A stretch of DNA of 64,000 nucleotides from Patescibacteria group bacterium (GTDB lineage Bacteria; Patescibacteriota; Patescibacteriia; Buchananbacterales; UBA6539): assembly GCA_028688055.1 (NCBI GenBank), contig JAQTYZ010000002.1, positions 68,256 through 132,255 of the forward strand. The letters are read 5' to 3'. Below are positions 27,848 through 37,004 of this stretch, piece after piece (position 1 is the stretch's first letter; each line of letters opens with the position of its first letter). Position numbers and translations under genes: made by a program. The notes beneath the pieces are model-generated. The model ran no database searches. It worked only from the letters and a program-made list of their open reading frames with translations, and had not been told where the DNA came from.

Positions 27848-28930
27848 CTAAACAAAATCACTTCCCTGATAATTTGCCGACTTTTGGATGTTTTGCAGGC
27901 TATGCGGATGACTTTCTTTCAAGCCAGCATTGGTAATTTTCACAAACTCGGCCTGGCGCCACAGCTCGGCGATATTCAAGCTGCCACAATAACCCAAGCC
28001 TTGTTTTAGTCCGCCGACGAGTTGACCGATAACATCAATTACCGCGCCCTTATAGGGGACGGTGCCAACCACGCCTTCGGCGACCACTTCTCGTTTTTGT
28101 TTGTCGCCCTGCAAATAGCGATCTTTTGAGCCTTGTTCCATCGCCGCCATTGAACCCATCCCACGGTAGGTTTTAAATTTTTCTCCTTTGACGGAAATAA
28201 CTTTTCCCGGTGCTTCGTCGGTACCGGCTAATAGACCGCCAATCATCACGGCCGTTGCTCCGGCGGCTAGTGCTTTGACAATGTCACCAGAATATTTAAT
28301 GCCACCGTCAGCGATAATTGGTGTTTTAGTTTTTTGAGCCGCCTTAACGGAATCCATAATGGCGGTTAACTGCGGCACGCCAATACCGGCAATCACGCGG
28401 GTAGTACAAATTGAACCGGGTCCAACGCCAACCTTAACAACATCGGCACCGGCCTTGATTAAGTCAGCTGTTGCTTGGCCAGTGGCGACATTGCCACCGA
28501 TAATAATGATATTTTTTGGTAAAATCTTTTTTAGTTGTCTGATTGTTTCGGCTACTTTATAATAATGACCGTGCGCCACATCAATGACAATTGCATCAAC
28601 TCCCGCCGCCGCTAAAATTTTTGCTCGTTCAATGGCTGTCTCACCAACCGCGACTGACGCACCGCAAAGTAAGTTGAGTTTTTTAACTTTTTTAACTTCC
28701 GCCGCCTGCTGTTCGGGTGTATTGTTTTTATGGATAATGCCAAGACCGCCGGCTTGAGCCAAAGCAATAGCCATCCGGCTTTCAGTAACGGTATCCATCG
28801 CGGCTGACAGAATCGGAATTTGCAAGTTAATATTTTTGCCAAGCGTCACCGCGGTGCTAACTTTACTCGGTGAAGCGGTGGATTTTTTGGGAACTAATAA
28901 AACGTCGTCAAAAGTTAAAGCTTCTTTCAT
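27848..28930 (-). CDS. IMP dehydrogenase/GMP reductase family protein lacking the CBS subdomain. Probably guaB, since guaA is divergent next door
   Basis: [10 protein letters not shown]...[24 protein letters not shown]...GSICTTRV...IADGGI motifs. 360 aa. Confidence 0.65.
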   Translation of the reverse strand: MKEALTFDDVLLVPKKSTASPSKVSTAVTLGKNINLQIPILSAAMDTVTESRMAIALAQAGGLGIIHKNNTPEQQAAEVKKVKKLNLLCGASVAVGETAIERAKILAAAGVDAIVIDVAHGHYYKVAETIRQLKKILPKNIIIIGGNVATGQATADLIKAGADVVKVGVGPGSICTTRVIAGIGVPQLTAIMDSVKAAQKTKTPIIADGGIKYSGDIVKALAAGATAVMIGGLLAGTDEAPGKVISVKGEKFKTYRGMGSMAAMEQGSKDRYLQGDKQKREVVAEGVVGTVPYKGAVIDVIGQLVGGLKQGLGYCGSLNIAELWRQAEFVKITNAGLKESHPHSLQNIQKSANYQGSDFV

Positions 28931-28940
28931 ATTTTTTTTA

Positions 28941-29028
28941 GTGTCATCCTGAACTCGTTTGCTCCGCTCTGGTAGCGGTTTCAGGATCTTATTATTTTTA
29001 CTAGCTGCCGAAATAAAATCGGCATGAC
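28941..29028. repeat. Palindromic repeat element in the divergent promoter region between the guaB-like gene and guaA
   Basis: GTGTCATCCTGAAC...TTTCAGGATC ... GCCGAAATAAAATCGGCATGAC. Confidence 0.55.
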
Positions 29029-29083
29029 TTTATTATTTATTATACTTTATCATAGCCCAAAATTACGATATAATCAATTTACT

Positions 29084-30889
29084 ATGAGTAAACTTCAAAT
29101 CGCCATTATCGACTTTGGTTCGCAATACACCCATCTCATTACCAGGCGGATTCGTCAGCTCGGCGTGTTGGCCGAAATTTTTCCGCCGACGGTTAGCGTC
29201 AAAGAATTGTCGGGTATCAAAGGACTAATTTTGTCCGGTGGTCCCAACAGCGTCCATGACCGAACGGCGGTAAAATATAATGCTAAACTGCTCGATTTGC
29301 CCGTCCCGATTTTAGGTTTATGCTATGGGCATCAACTTTTGGCGCAGCATTTTGGCGGTAAGGTTGTGCCGGGCAAGACCAAGGAATATGGTCTGGCTCA
29401 TTTGGAAGTTATTAATAGCTCAAAATTATTTTCTGGGTTGCCCAAGCAAAGCCGCGTTTGGATGAGTCATGGCGATAGCGTTTCGGTGCTGCCGAAAGAT
29501 TTTATCGTCGGTGGCCAGACTTTTGATTGTCCGATCGCGGCCATGGCCAATGATAAAAAGAAAATGTATGGCCTGCAGTTTCACCCCGAAGTCAGCCATA
29601 CGGTGATGGGCCAGCAAATTATCAAGAATTTTGTTTTTGCGATTTGTCATTGTCGAGTTGATTGGTCCTTGGAAAAATATTGGAAACAAATTGTTGCTGA
29701 TCTTAAAAAAACCGTCGGTCGGCGGAAAGTCTTTTTATTAGTTTCCGGCGGTGTTGATTCGTCGGTCTGTTTTGCCTTGCTCGAAAAAGTTTTAGGTAAA
29801 ACTAAGGTTTTTGGTCTCCATATTGATAATGGTTTTATGCGTCAAAATGAATCGGCGCGCGTTAAAAAAGCTTTGGCACAAGCCGGCTTTGGCGGCCTAA
29901 AAGTCGTTGACGCTTCGGCCACTTTTTTGCAGGCGGTCAAAGGTGTGATTGATCCGGAAGAGAAGCGCGCCATCATCGGCCGGACTTTTTTACGCGTTAA
30001 AGACGAGGTGATGGCTGAATTAAAAATGAAGCCAGCTGATTGGATTTTAGGGCAAGGGACCATTTATCCTGATACCATTGAAACCGGTAGCACCAAGCAC
30101 GCTGACAAAATTAAAACTCATCACAATCGGGTTAAAGAAATTTTGACATTAATGAAATTGGGCCAAGTGGTTGAACCGTTAGCAACGCTCTATAAAGATG
30201 AGGTGAGGGAGCTGGGTAAAAAAATTGGGTTGCCAGCGGCGTTGATTAGTCGACACCCATTTCCGGGGCCGGGTTTATCAATTCGCGTACTCTGTTCTGA
30301 CGGGCGGGAAAAAGTTGAGAATTTAGCCGAAGTTAATCGTCGGCTGAAAAAAATTGTCGGTGCCGCTTATCAAAGTACGGTTTTACCAATTAAAAGTGTT
30401 GGGGTGCAAGGGGATAATCGAACCTACCGTCATCCAGCACTATTGTCTGGTCCAATGGACTGGGAAAAATTACACCACTTGTCAGTCCGAATTACCAATG
30501 AAATGCCGGAGGTTAATCGCGTGGTTTATTTATTAAATCAAGAGCAAGTTGACCTTAATAAAATTAAAACGAAAGCTGAATTTTTAACCAAGTCGCGGCT
30601 TGATTTGCTCCGCGTCGTTGACGAAGGAATTAACAAGGTAGTAAAAGCCGAAAAATTAGCCGCTCAGATTTGGCAGTTTCCCATTGTCCTATTGCCGTTA
30701 GGGGTGAGGGGAGGATCGTCGATAATTTTACGACCGATCGAATCAAAAGAAGCGATGACGGTTAATTTTTATCGTCCGACCAAAAAAGTGGTTAATAAAA
30801 TGTTGGCCACGGTGCTAGAAAATGAAGCGATTGATTTGGTAATGTATGACATTACCAACAAACCGCCAGCGACGATTGAATGGGAATAA
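29084..30889 (+). CDS. guaA: GMP synthase (glutamine-hydrolysing)
   Basis: GATase-1 (LGLCYGHQLL, HPEV), ATP-PPase P-loop (SGGVDSSV), and a conserved C-terminal dimerisation domain ending IEWE. Start moved to the ATG at 29084 (MSKLQIAIIDFGSQYT). Confidence 0.85.
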   Translation: MSKLQIAIIDFGSQYTHLITRRIRQLGVLAEIFPPTVSVKELSGIKGLILSGGPNSVHDRTAVKYNAKLLDLPVPILGLCYGHQLLAQHFGGKVVPGKTKEYGLAHLEVINSSKLFSGLPKQSRVWMSHGDSVSVLPKDFIVGGQTFDCPIAAMANDKKKMYGLQFHPEVSHTVMGQQIIKNFVFAICHCRVDWSLEKYWKQIVADLKKTVGRRKVFLLVSGGVDSSVCFALLEKVLGKTKVFGLHIDNGFMRQNESARVKKALAQAGFGGLKVVDASATFLQAVKGVIDPEEKRAIIGRTFLRVKDEVMAELKMKPADWILGQGTIYPDTIETGSTKHADKIKTHHNRVKEILTLMKLGQVVEPLATLYKDEVRELGKKIGLPAALISRHPFPGPGLSIRVLCSDGREKVENLAEVNRRLKKIVGAAYQSTVLPIKSVGVQGDNRTYRHPALLSGPMDWEKLHHLSVRITNEMPEVNRVVYLLNQEQVDLNKIKTKAEFLTKSRLDLLRVVDEGINKVVKAEKLAAQIWQFPIVLLPLGVRGGSSIILRPIESKEAMTVNFYRPTKKVVNKMLATVLENEAIDLVMYDITNKPPATIEWE

Positions 30890-30901
30890 GACGTTGTCAC
30901 A

Positions 30902-31510
30902 TTGAATATGAATCACCTGGTAGCGCTGAAAAAAATAAATAATCGGTATTTCATTTTAAGGCACGGACAGAGTCAGGCCAATGTGGCTGGTATTATTTTG
31001 AGTCATCCGCAAAATGGCCTTAAAGGCTATGGCTTAACCAAGGGAGGTAAACTTCAGGTTGAAAAGTCAATCAGAACTAATAAAGTTTTGGACACTCACA
31101 CCGAAATATACAGCTCAGATTTTATCCGCGCTAAAGAGACTGCACAAATCGTGCGGCGGCATCTTGGCGCCAAAGCAATTACCTATACGGTCCGCTTAAG
31201 GGAACGAAATTTTGGTGGCTGGGAGAAAACCAGTGATAAAAATTATCATCATGTTTGGCTTGAAGATGCCAAAAATTCCCACCACCAGCTTAAGGGTGTC
31301 GAGAGTGTGGCACAAGTCGTCAATCGGGTGACAAAATTAATTTTAAAATTAGAAAATAAATTTAAGAATAAAAAAATTTTACTGGTTGCCCATGGTGATA
31401 CTTTACAAATTTTGCAGACCGCTTTTTTAAACGCCTGCCCGTCGACGCATCGCCAGGTTAAACATCTGGAAGTGGCGGAAATTAGAGAATTAAAATTAAT
31501 TAAAACCTGA
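30902..31510 (+). CDS. Histidine phosphatase family protein (second copy)
   Basis: LRHGQSQANV...LLVAHGDTLQIL. Confidence 0.6.
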   Translation: MNMNHLVALKKINNRYFILRHGQSQANVAGIILSHPQNGLKGYGLTKGGKLQVEKSIRTNKVLDTHTEIYSSDFIRAKETAQIVRRHLGAKAITYTVRLRERNFGGWEKTSDKNYHHVWLEDAKNSHHQLKGVESVAQVVNRVTKLILKLENKFKNKKILLVAHGDTLQILQTAFLNACPSTHRQVKHLEVAEIRELKLIKT

Positions 31511-31700
31511 GATTGCCGCGTCGGTCGCCTATGGCTCCCTCCTCGCAATGACAATAAATGAGCTGCATCCTAGTGTTATAGCACGCGAACAAATTAATCA
31601 TTGCGTCATTGCGAGCAAAGCAAACTGCGTTGTGTCATTCCCGACAAATTACTTTACGTGTCATTGCGAGCGAACGAAGTGAGCGCGGCAATCTCTCGGT
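31511..31700. repeat. Cluster of fragments of the TGTCATTGCGAG / GTCATTCCCGAC repeat family
   Basis: Right half GATTGCCGCG...CCTCGCAATGACAA. Left halves GTCATTGCGAGCAAAGC, GTCATTCCCGAC and GTCATTGCGAGCGAACGAAGTGAGCGCGGCAATC. Confidence 0.55.
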
Positions 31701-31757
31701 ATTTAGTTTGACAAAAAATTTGTAAGGCTTAAGATGAGCCTAGGCAAAAGGAGGGTA

Positions 31758-32294
31758 ATGCCCGTCCTTTTTAACACTGGAGGAAATAGTGAGATGAATG
31801 AAACAGCCGCCGGGAAGTATCTAACTTTCGCTCTGGCCGGTAAAACGTATGGCATCGATATTTTGAAGGTGCATGAGATTATTGGATTGATGCCAATAAC
31901 TCAGGTGCCAACAACTCGCGAATTCGTGCGGGGGGTGATCGTTCTTCGTCATCGCGTAACCTATGTCGTTGACCTCCGGCGCTTCTTCAAATTTGAAGGG
32001 CAGAGAAACACGGAGCGATCCTGTATTATCATCGTACAGGTAAATCACAATGAGCAGAAAGATAAGGTCGGTTTGCTCGTTGATGAGGTCTGTGAGGTGG
32101 TAGCACTTAAGGAAGATCAGATTGAGCCAATGTCAGAAGAGACGGAGATCGAAATTAGCCGTGAATTTGTTTTGGGCACTGCCCGAATCCAAAAAGGTAA
32201 AATCGCCACCGTCGTTATGCTGTTGGATTTTGATGCCATGGGTCTCGTCGCCGCTGTTGTTCCGGTTGGCAAAGACGTGCCACCGTCGGTGTGA
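31758..32294 (+). CDS. CheW-like domain protein (orphan)
   Basis: YLTFALAGKTYGIDILKVHEIIGLMPITQVP...VGLLVDEVCEVV. AGGAGG lies 5 nt before the ATG at 31758. GC-rich codon usage. Confidence 0.6.
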   Translation: MPVLFNTGGNSEMNETAAGKYLTFALAGKTYGIDILKVHEIIGLMPITQVPTTREFVRGVIVLRHRVTYVVDLRRFFKFEGQRNTERSCIIIVQVNHNEQKDKVGLLVDEVCEVVALKEDQIEPMSEETEIEISREFVLGTARIQKGKIATVVMLLDFDAMGLVAAVVPVGKDVPPSV

Positions 32295-32325
32295 CTTTTT
32301 TGAGTCGCACCTTTTTTTATCCAAA

Positions 32326-32356
32326 AACCGCGGGTAGTTACCGCGGCTTTTTATTT
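32326..32356. terminator. Bidirectional intrinsic terminator
   Basis: AAAAACCGCGGGTAGTTACCGCGGCTTTTTATTTTTT. Confidence 0.65.
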
Positions 32357-32613
32357 TTTGGTTGCCGGCATTTTATTGATCGGCCGTTCTAATTTCGGCG
32401 GCGCGAACTTCGTTAATTTTTTGAAACTCAACAAATGGTTTTTCAAACGCCTGTTTAATGTAGTAAAAAGATATCGCGGTGGCCGCGATAACGATGGCGA
32501 GTTGAAACCAACCGGTTTTCATTGTGTGGTTTACAAGCATACACGTAGTATAATAAAAAATTATTTTTTCGGCAACAAAATAAAAGTGGCAGCTATGTCA
32601 TCTAGCGCCACTA

Positions 32614-32973
32614 TTAAACGAGCCATTCATTCGGAACTTGCGCCGCTTTACCACAATGTGGGCATTGATAGGTATCGCCGTTGCCGTCAATAATCGAAAT
32701 AAAACAGTGATGGCAAACCGGTCCGTGGCAGTGCGGACAAAAAGTCTTGACGTTGATGGTCTTTAGACAATTCGCGCAAACCTGACATTCTCGCAGGCAA
32801 AAGTGTTCGCCGCACGACGGGCAAAGGCCAGTTGAGCCATCGCTTTCAAGGTCGACTCTAAAGCAGTGTCCGCAGAGTATTTTCCGGCACTGGTTGCAGC
32901 AAAATCGATTGCCGTTGTCTGACTGACAGTTCGGACAAGGCTGTGTTACCGTCAGGCTTAAATGAACTAACAT
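32614..32973 (-). CDS. Cys-rich multi-zinc-ribbon protein
   Basis: At least eight CxxC pairs (CPNC, CNQC, CPSC, CQVC, CPHC...). GC-rich. The overlapping plus-strand ORF 32358-32693 was rejected. Confidence 0.45.
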   Translation of the reverse strand: MLVHLSLTVTQPCPNCQSDNGNRFCCNQCRKILCGHCFRVDLESDGSTGLCPSCGEHFCLRECQVCANCLKTINVKTFCPHCHGPVCHHCFISIIDGNGDTYQCPHCGKAAQVPNEWLV

Positions 32974-33027
32974 ACCGCCCTCCTTTCAGCTGTCCTAAAA
33001 ATATATTTTTATTTTTGGCTTGTCAAA

Positions 33028-34878
33028 TTAGGCTAGGTGCTTGTATTTTATCGCCAGACCAAACAATACAGCGGCCACGGCCAGGCCGCCGGACAGTAGG
33101 TATTTATTAATGGCGTTATGGGGTGGCGCGACGCTGTCGGTAATTTCTGTCCCTAAGATTTTGCCGCTGCCGGTTGCGGCGGTTGTGGTATTTTCTGGCA
33201 GTCCAACATTGATGGCATTTATTTCTCCCGGTGTGGGAGTATCGGTTAACTGCCAGTCGCCATTTTCATCTTTAATATAGCTGCTGCCTTCTTTTGAACT
33301 ATCATAAGTTGATTCGTCAATTATGTCACCGTTGGGCGAAAAAAGTCTGACACTGTCACTGTCATTATTTAAGGCAATTTTTGTTTGTGGTCTGGTAAAA
33401 ACCAGATAGCTATTCGGCTCAATGATAGTATTATCCAAAATGGTAAATGGTTTACTGCCGTTGACATCGTCATCAAGCTGCCAGCCGCTTAAATCAATTG
33501 GTTTAGGTTCATTATTATAGAGCTCAATAAACTCGTGATCAGTATCACTTCCGACTGGATCAGGTAAATATTCCGCTAACATGATGTCAGGCTTGGCCTT
33601 GGGCGATATGGTAAAATTATTTTTTTCTATTGTTTCCGGCGTGCTGGTGGCCGTGGTCGTCGCCAGTTGTTGGTTTGGGTCAACTATATTGATTGATAAT
33701 GTCGTTGAACTGGTCAGCCCCTGATCAACTGTCGCTGATAGTTTAATTTTAAATTTACCGGCGGACAAAAACAGATGTCTGACCATTTCGCCGTCACGAC
33801 TCTGCCCATCACCGAATTCCCAATTTAATGTTAACGCTCGATGTTGGGGATCAAAAGAGTCAGATCCATCAAACATAATTATTTCGCCGACCTTGGCCAC
33901 GGTTGGCCCATAGGCAATGGCCAGTGGCCAAATTGTCGGTGGCAATTCTAAAATTTTATTTGGTGAAGGTTTGACCCACTGGTAGTCGTCGCCGTTAATT
34001 TGGTAGCTTTCGTCTTCTTGGGCCAAATGGTTGTAGCTTATTTGATTAATAATTTTATTATTTTTGGCGGCGAGAGTAATGGTGTCCTTCTGGTTATTAA
34101 ATGCCAAGTTAGTTTGTTGTCTCAAGTAAACAACGATGCTTTGCGGCGACATTATTAAAGAGGGCAGGATAAAACTTTGTTTAGTCGCGTTGGTTATTGT
34201 CCAGCCGGTTAAATCAATATCGGCGTTGGAAACATTTTTTAGTTCAATAAATTCGTTAGCATTATCAGGACCGGGTGGATTTGGATAAACTTCGGTGATT
34301 AAGATGTCATCGCGCTTGGCCACGGTGATGGCTTGTTCGTTATCATCAGCGGCAGCCGTCGTCGGCACCGCTTTGGTGGTTTGATTGATTACCCCAGAAT
34401 TTTTTGGCGCGCCACCAACCGTTTCGTTAGTTTGCCAATTGCTATTATCAACTCGGACTAAAGTTTGTTTCGTAACATTGTCACCGCCCGGCCAGCCGTC
34501 TGAGGCTTTAAGTTGATCAATAATTTTTCCATTTTGATCCAACAGTTTTAGCCATTCGCCGGAATTACTAAGTGAGCCACTATAAATTTGATCGGCCGTT
34601 ATTTGGGGCACTGTGTCGTCATCAGTTCGTTCCAGTAAAAAATAGCCGTGTGCTGGAATTAGACCACTCAGTTCAATTGACGGTGTGCCATCAGCGGCCT
34701 CTAGTTTCCAGCCGGCTAGGTCGATATCATTTTCCGTGGCGTTGTATAAATCAAGCCATTCGTCGTTGCTGGAATTTTGCGTTCCCATCCAAGCGATTTC
34801 ATTTATTACGACCGTTGGTGCCTCAGCCCAGGCAACGGTTGGTAATAGTAGTAAGGCCAGCATGATTATTTTTTTCAT
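33028..34878 (-). CDS. Surface protein with three lamin-tail-domain (LTD) repeats, a central PKD domain and a C-terminal transmembrane anchor
   Basis: LTD motifs VINEIAWMG...NDEWLDLYNATENDIDLAGWKL, ITEVYPNP...EFIELKN...DLTGW and LAEYLPDP...EFIELYN...DLSGW. PKD-like NWEFGDGQ. Start moved to the ATG at 34878 (MKKIIMLALLLLPTVAWA). The ORF-track N-terminus is repeat-encoded. Confidence 0.65.
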   Translation of the reverse strand: MKKIIMLALLLLPTVAWAEAPTVVINEIAWMGTQNSSNDEWLDLYNATENDIDLAGWKLEAADGTPSIELSGLIPAHGYFLLERTDDDTVPQITADQIYSGSLSNSGEWLKLLDQNGKIIDQLKASDGWPGGDNVTKQTLVRVDNSNWQTNETVGGAPKNSGVINQTTKAVPTTAAADDNEQAITVAKRDDILITEVYPNPPGPDNANEFIELKNVSNADIDLTGWTITNATKQSFILPSLIMSPQSIVVYLRQQTNLAFNNQKDTITLAAKNNKIINQISYNHLAQEDESYQINGDDYQWVKPSPNKILELPPTIWPLAIAYGPTVAKVGEIIMFDGSDSFDPQHRALTLNWEFGDGQSRDGEMVRHLFLSAGKFKIKLSATVDQGLTSSTTLSINIVDPNQQLATTTATSTPETIEKNNFTISPKAKPDIMLAEYLPDPVGSDTDHEFIELYNNEPKPIDLSGWQLDDDVNGSKPFTILDNTIIEPNSYLVFTRPQTKIALNNDSDSVRLFSPNGDIIDESTYDSSKEGSSYIKDENGDWQLTDTPTPGEINAINVGLPENTTTAATGSGKILGTEITDSVAPPHNAINKYLLSGGLAVAAVLFGLAIKYKHLA

Positions 34879-34888
34879 AATTTTATTG

Positions 34889-34984
34889 TTGTCATTCCGG
34901 ACTTGTTTGCCCCGCCGTGGCGGTGGATCCGGAATCTCGTTAACTGCTCCCCAGCCGAGATCCTGAATCAAGTTCAGGATGACA
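34889..34984. repeat. Palindromic repeat element (96 bp). TTGTCATTCCGGAC..CCGCCGTGGCGG..TCCGGAATC..ATCCTGAATCAAGTTCAGGATGACA
   Basis: Near-identical to 36486-36581. Immediately upstream of the LTD gene start. Its read-through makes the spurious N-terminal extension MIQDLGWG...PPPRRGKQVR. Confidence 0.65.
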
Positions 34985-35516
34985 TTATTAAGTTAGTTAA
35001 ATTTTTTATAATAAAAGCGCACTAATCGTGCGCTATATTGATTTTGTCTGTCTTAATTTTTTGTCAGTCTGAACCGGTATTTGTCACCCTGAGCCGGTCG
35101 AAGGGTAAAGAGAAAACCCCGAAAGAATCGGAGTTTTCGCGCTATATTGAGCCTAAGCTCAGTTCCAACATATGATATTTTAGTAAATTTGTCAAAAAAA
35201 AGCCCGGTCGAATTTCTACTGGGGCGTGTTTTGCGTCAAAGACAGTTTATAGACAAGATTACACCGACGCGGATCCAAGGCGAAATTGGCAACAATGGTT
35301 GCCGGTGCGGTTTTGCGCGGACCAAGATCCGGCGGTTGGCTGAAAATACTGTCAACGAGTTGTCTAAGGTTCATAATGTTTGTCTTCCCTTCGTTCAGCT
35401 GTTTAGGGGACTGTCAAAAACAGCTAAAATATAATATGTTAACAAAATTGTGTCAAATTTTTAGGAGGTTATTTTCGCCTTGATTAATGGTATAATTTTT
35501 GATAGATTAATGTTTT

Positions 35517-36554
35517 ATGAAAAATAATTTCTGGCAAAAATTAAAGAAGCCGATTATGGTTTTAGCGCCGATGGCCGATGTCACCGATGCGGCTTTTCGT
35601 CGGATCATTGCTAAGTATGGCAAACCGGATGTAGTTTACACGCAATTTGTTTCTTGCGACGGCTTATGTTCCGCCGGTAAGAAAAAACTTTTGGTTGATT
35701 TAAAATTTACCGCCCAGGAACGGCCGATTGTCGCGCAATTTTTTGGGGCTAAGCCGGCCAATTTTTATCAGTGCGCGAAGCTGGCTGTTGCGCTTGGTTT
35801 TGACGGTATTGATATTAATATGGGTTGTCCGGATAAAGCCGTGTGTAAACAAGGCGCCGGCGCGGCCTTAATTAAAAATCCAAAGTTGGCGCGTGAGATA
35901 ATTCGTGAAACCAAGCGCGGAGCGGGGGAGTTGCCCGTCTCCATTAAAACCAGAAGCGGCGATACTAAAGATTCGCTTGCAACTTGGCTGCCCGAACTTT
36001 TAGCCGAAACACCGGCGGTCGTTATTATTCACGCCCGCACGCGCAAAGAAATGTCCAAAGTTTCAGCCAACTGGGATTTAATCAAACAAGCCGTTGTTAT
36101 TAGAAATAAAATGAAAAGCAAAACTTTGATCATTGGTAACGGTGATGTTGTTGGCTTGGATGATGCCAAAAAGAAAGTTAGCGAAACTGGCTGCGATGGC
36201 ATTATGTTTGGCCGGGCGATTTTCGGCAACCCATGGTTATTTAATAAAAAAATAAAACCCGCCGATATTACTATTGAAAAAAAACTTAAAGTAATGGTTG
36301 AGCATACCAAGCTATTTGAAAAATTACTGATGCATCCCGCCGGAGGCGGGTCCGCCTCCGGCGGAAAGAATTTTGCAATGATGAAAAAGCACTACAAAGC
36401 TTATGTTAATGGTTTCGACGGGGCGAAAGAATTACGGATGGAATTAATGGAATGTGACAACGCTCAAGAGGTTGAAAAAATAGTATTGTCATTCCGGACT
36501 CGCTTGCCCCGCCGTGGCGGTGGATCCGGAATCTCAAGAGGCTCTGTCTCCTAG
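35517..36554 (+). CDS. tRNA-dihydrouridine synthase (Dus). The last roughly 20 codons are encoded by a repeat element
   Basis: VLAPMADVTDAAFRRI...DGIDINMGCPDKAV...ALIKNPKL. C-terminal ...SFRTRLPRRGGGSGISRGSVS comes from the element at 36486-36581. Confidence 0.75.
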   Translation: MKNNFWQKLKKPIMVLAPMADVTDAAFRRIIAKYGKPDVVYTQFVSCDGLCSAGKKKLLVDLKFTAQERPIVAQFFGAKPANFYQCAKLAVALGFDGIDINMGCPDKAVCKQGAGAALIKNPKLAREIIRETKRGAGELPVSIKTRSGDTKDSLATWLPELLAETPAVVIIHARTRKEMSKVSANWDLIKQAVVIRNKMKSKTLIIGNGDVVGLDDAKKKVSETGCDGIMFGRAIFGNPWLFNKKIKPADITIEKKLKVMVEHTKLFEKLLMHPAGGGSASGGKNFAMMKKHYKAYVNGFDGAKELRMELMECDNAQEVEKIVLSFRTRLPRRGGGSGISRGSVS

Positions 36555-36581
36555 TGATCCTGAATCAAGTTCAGGATGACA
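36486..36581. repeat. Palindromic repeat element (96 bp), a copy of 34889-34984, overlapping the 3' end of the Dus gene
   Basis: Sequence match. Terminal inverted repeat TTGTCAT/ATGACA. Confidence 0.65.
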
Positions 36582-36606
36582 TTATTAAATTAGCTAAATC
36601 TTTTTT

Positions 36607-36660
36607 TTGTCATTCCGGGCTTGATCCGGAATCTAGATCCTCACTTTTGCTGGAATGGCA
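36607..36660. repeat. Short palindromic repeat element (GTCATTCCGGGCTTGATCCGGAATC module)
   Basis: TTGTCATTCCGGGCTTGATCCGGAATCTAGA... Confidence 0.5.
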
Positions 36661-36753
36661 AATCAGTTAGGAAAAATTGTCAGTCGATTTCTAAAAATTT
36701 GCAGGTAAGTCGGTTGACAACCAAGATAAAATTAGCAATTATAAGTATGAACT

Positions 36754-36999
36754 GCAGGCGTGGTGGAATCTGCCTGTCGGCAGGCAGGTTGGTATATTTA
36801 TCTCGCACAAATGATGGGCAAGTGGTGGAATTGGTATACACGCTAGCCTTAGGAGCTAGTGCCGCAAGGCTTGAGAGTTCGAGTCTCTCCTTGCCCACCA
36901 TTTGTGCGAGACACGCATATCTTACTTGCCCACCTTTGGCGGGGGAGCATGTTTCCGAGTTCGAGTCTCTCCGCCTGCACCATAATCAACTAAATATAA
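36754..36999 (+). pseudogene. Outer pseudo-tRNA(Leu-like) whose 5' part (36754-36826) and 3' part (36912-36999) flank the functional tRNA-Leu(TAG)
   Basis: Acceptor strands GCAGGCG ... CGCCTGCACCA are perfectly complementary. The 3' part carries a duplicated T-arm (GAGTTCGAGTCTCTC). The 5' part has GTGGAAT, then the hairpin CTGCCTGTCGGCAGGCAG, then GGTATAT. The T-stem and anticodon arm are degenerate. Confidence 0.35.
36827..36911 (+). tRNA. tRNA-Leu(TAG)
   Basis: GGGCAAGTGGTGGAATTGGTATACACGCTAGCCTTAGGAGCTAG + TGCCGCAAGGCT variable arm + GAGAGTTCGAGTCTCTC + CTTGCCCACCA. Flanked by the perfect 11-bp inverted repeat TCTCGCACAAA / TTTGTGCGAGA. Confidence 0.8.
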
Positions 37000-37004
37000 A
37001 TAGT

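Noticed and set aside
27745-27936. 63-aa ORF beginning MPNPPPRRGKQVRHD
   Set aside because: It is encoded by the palindromic repeat element 27711-27791 and extends antisense into the start region of the guaB-like gene. It is a repeat-derived open frame, not a gene.
32358-32693. Plus-strand 111-aa ORF overlapping the zinc-ribbon gene
   Set aside because: It begins inside the terminator downstream of the CheW gene and has no ribosome-binding site and low-complexity Arg/Lys composition. The antisense minus-strand ORF has a coherent CxxC repeat architecture.
35147-35483. ORFs 35147-35434 and 35286-35483 in the intergenic region upstream of the Dus gene
   Set aside because: They overlap each other and sit in a region built from repeat fragments (35061-35110) and promoter-like AT-rich sequence. 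They show no motifs and no ribosome-binding sites.
36621-37004. The N-terminal 128 codons of the ORF 36621-37577, which span the tRNA-Leu(TAG) region
   Set aside because: The peroxiredoxin homology begins at the internal Met (37005, MDNITLVG). The upstream in-frame stretch covers tRNA and pseudo-tRNA DNA and is a read-through artefact.
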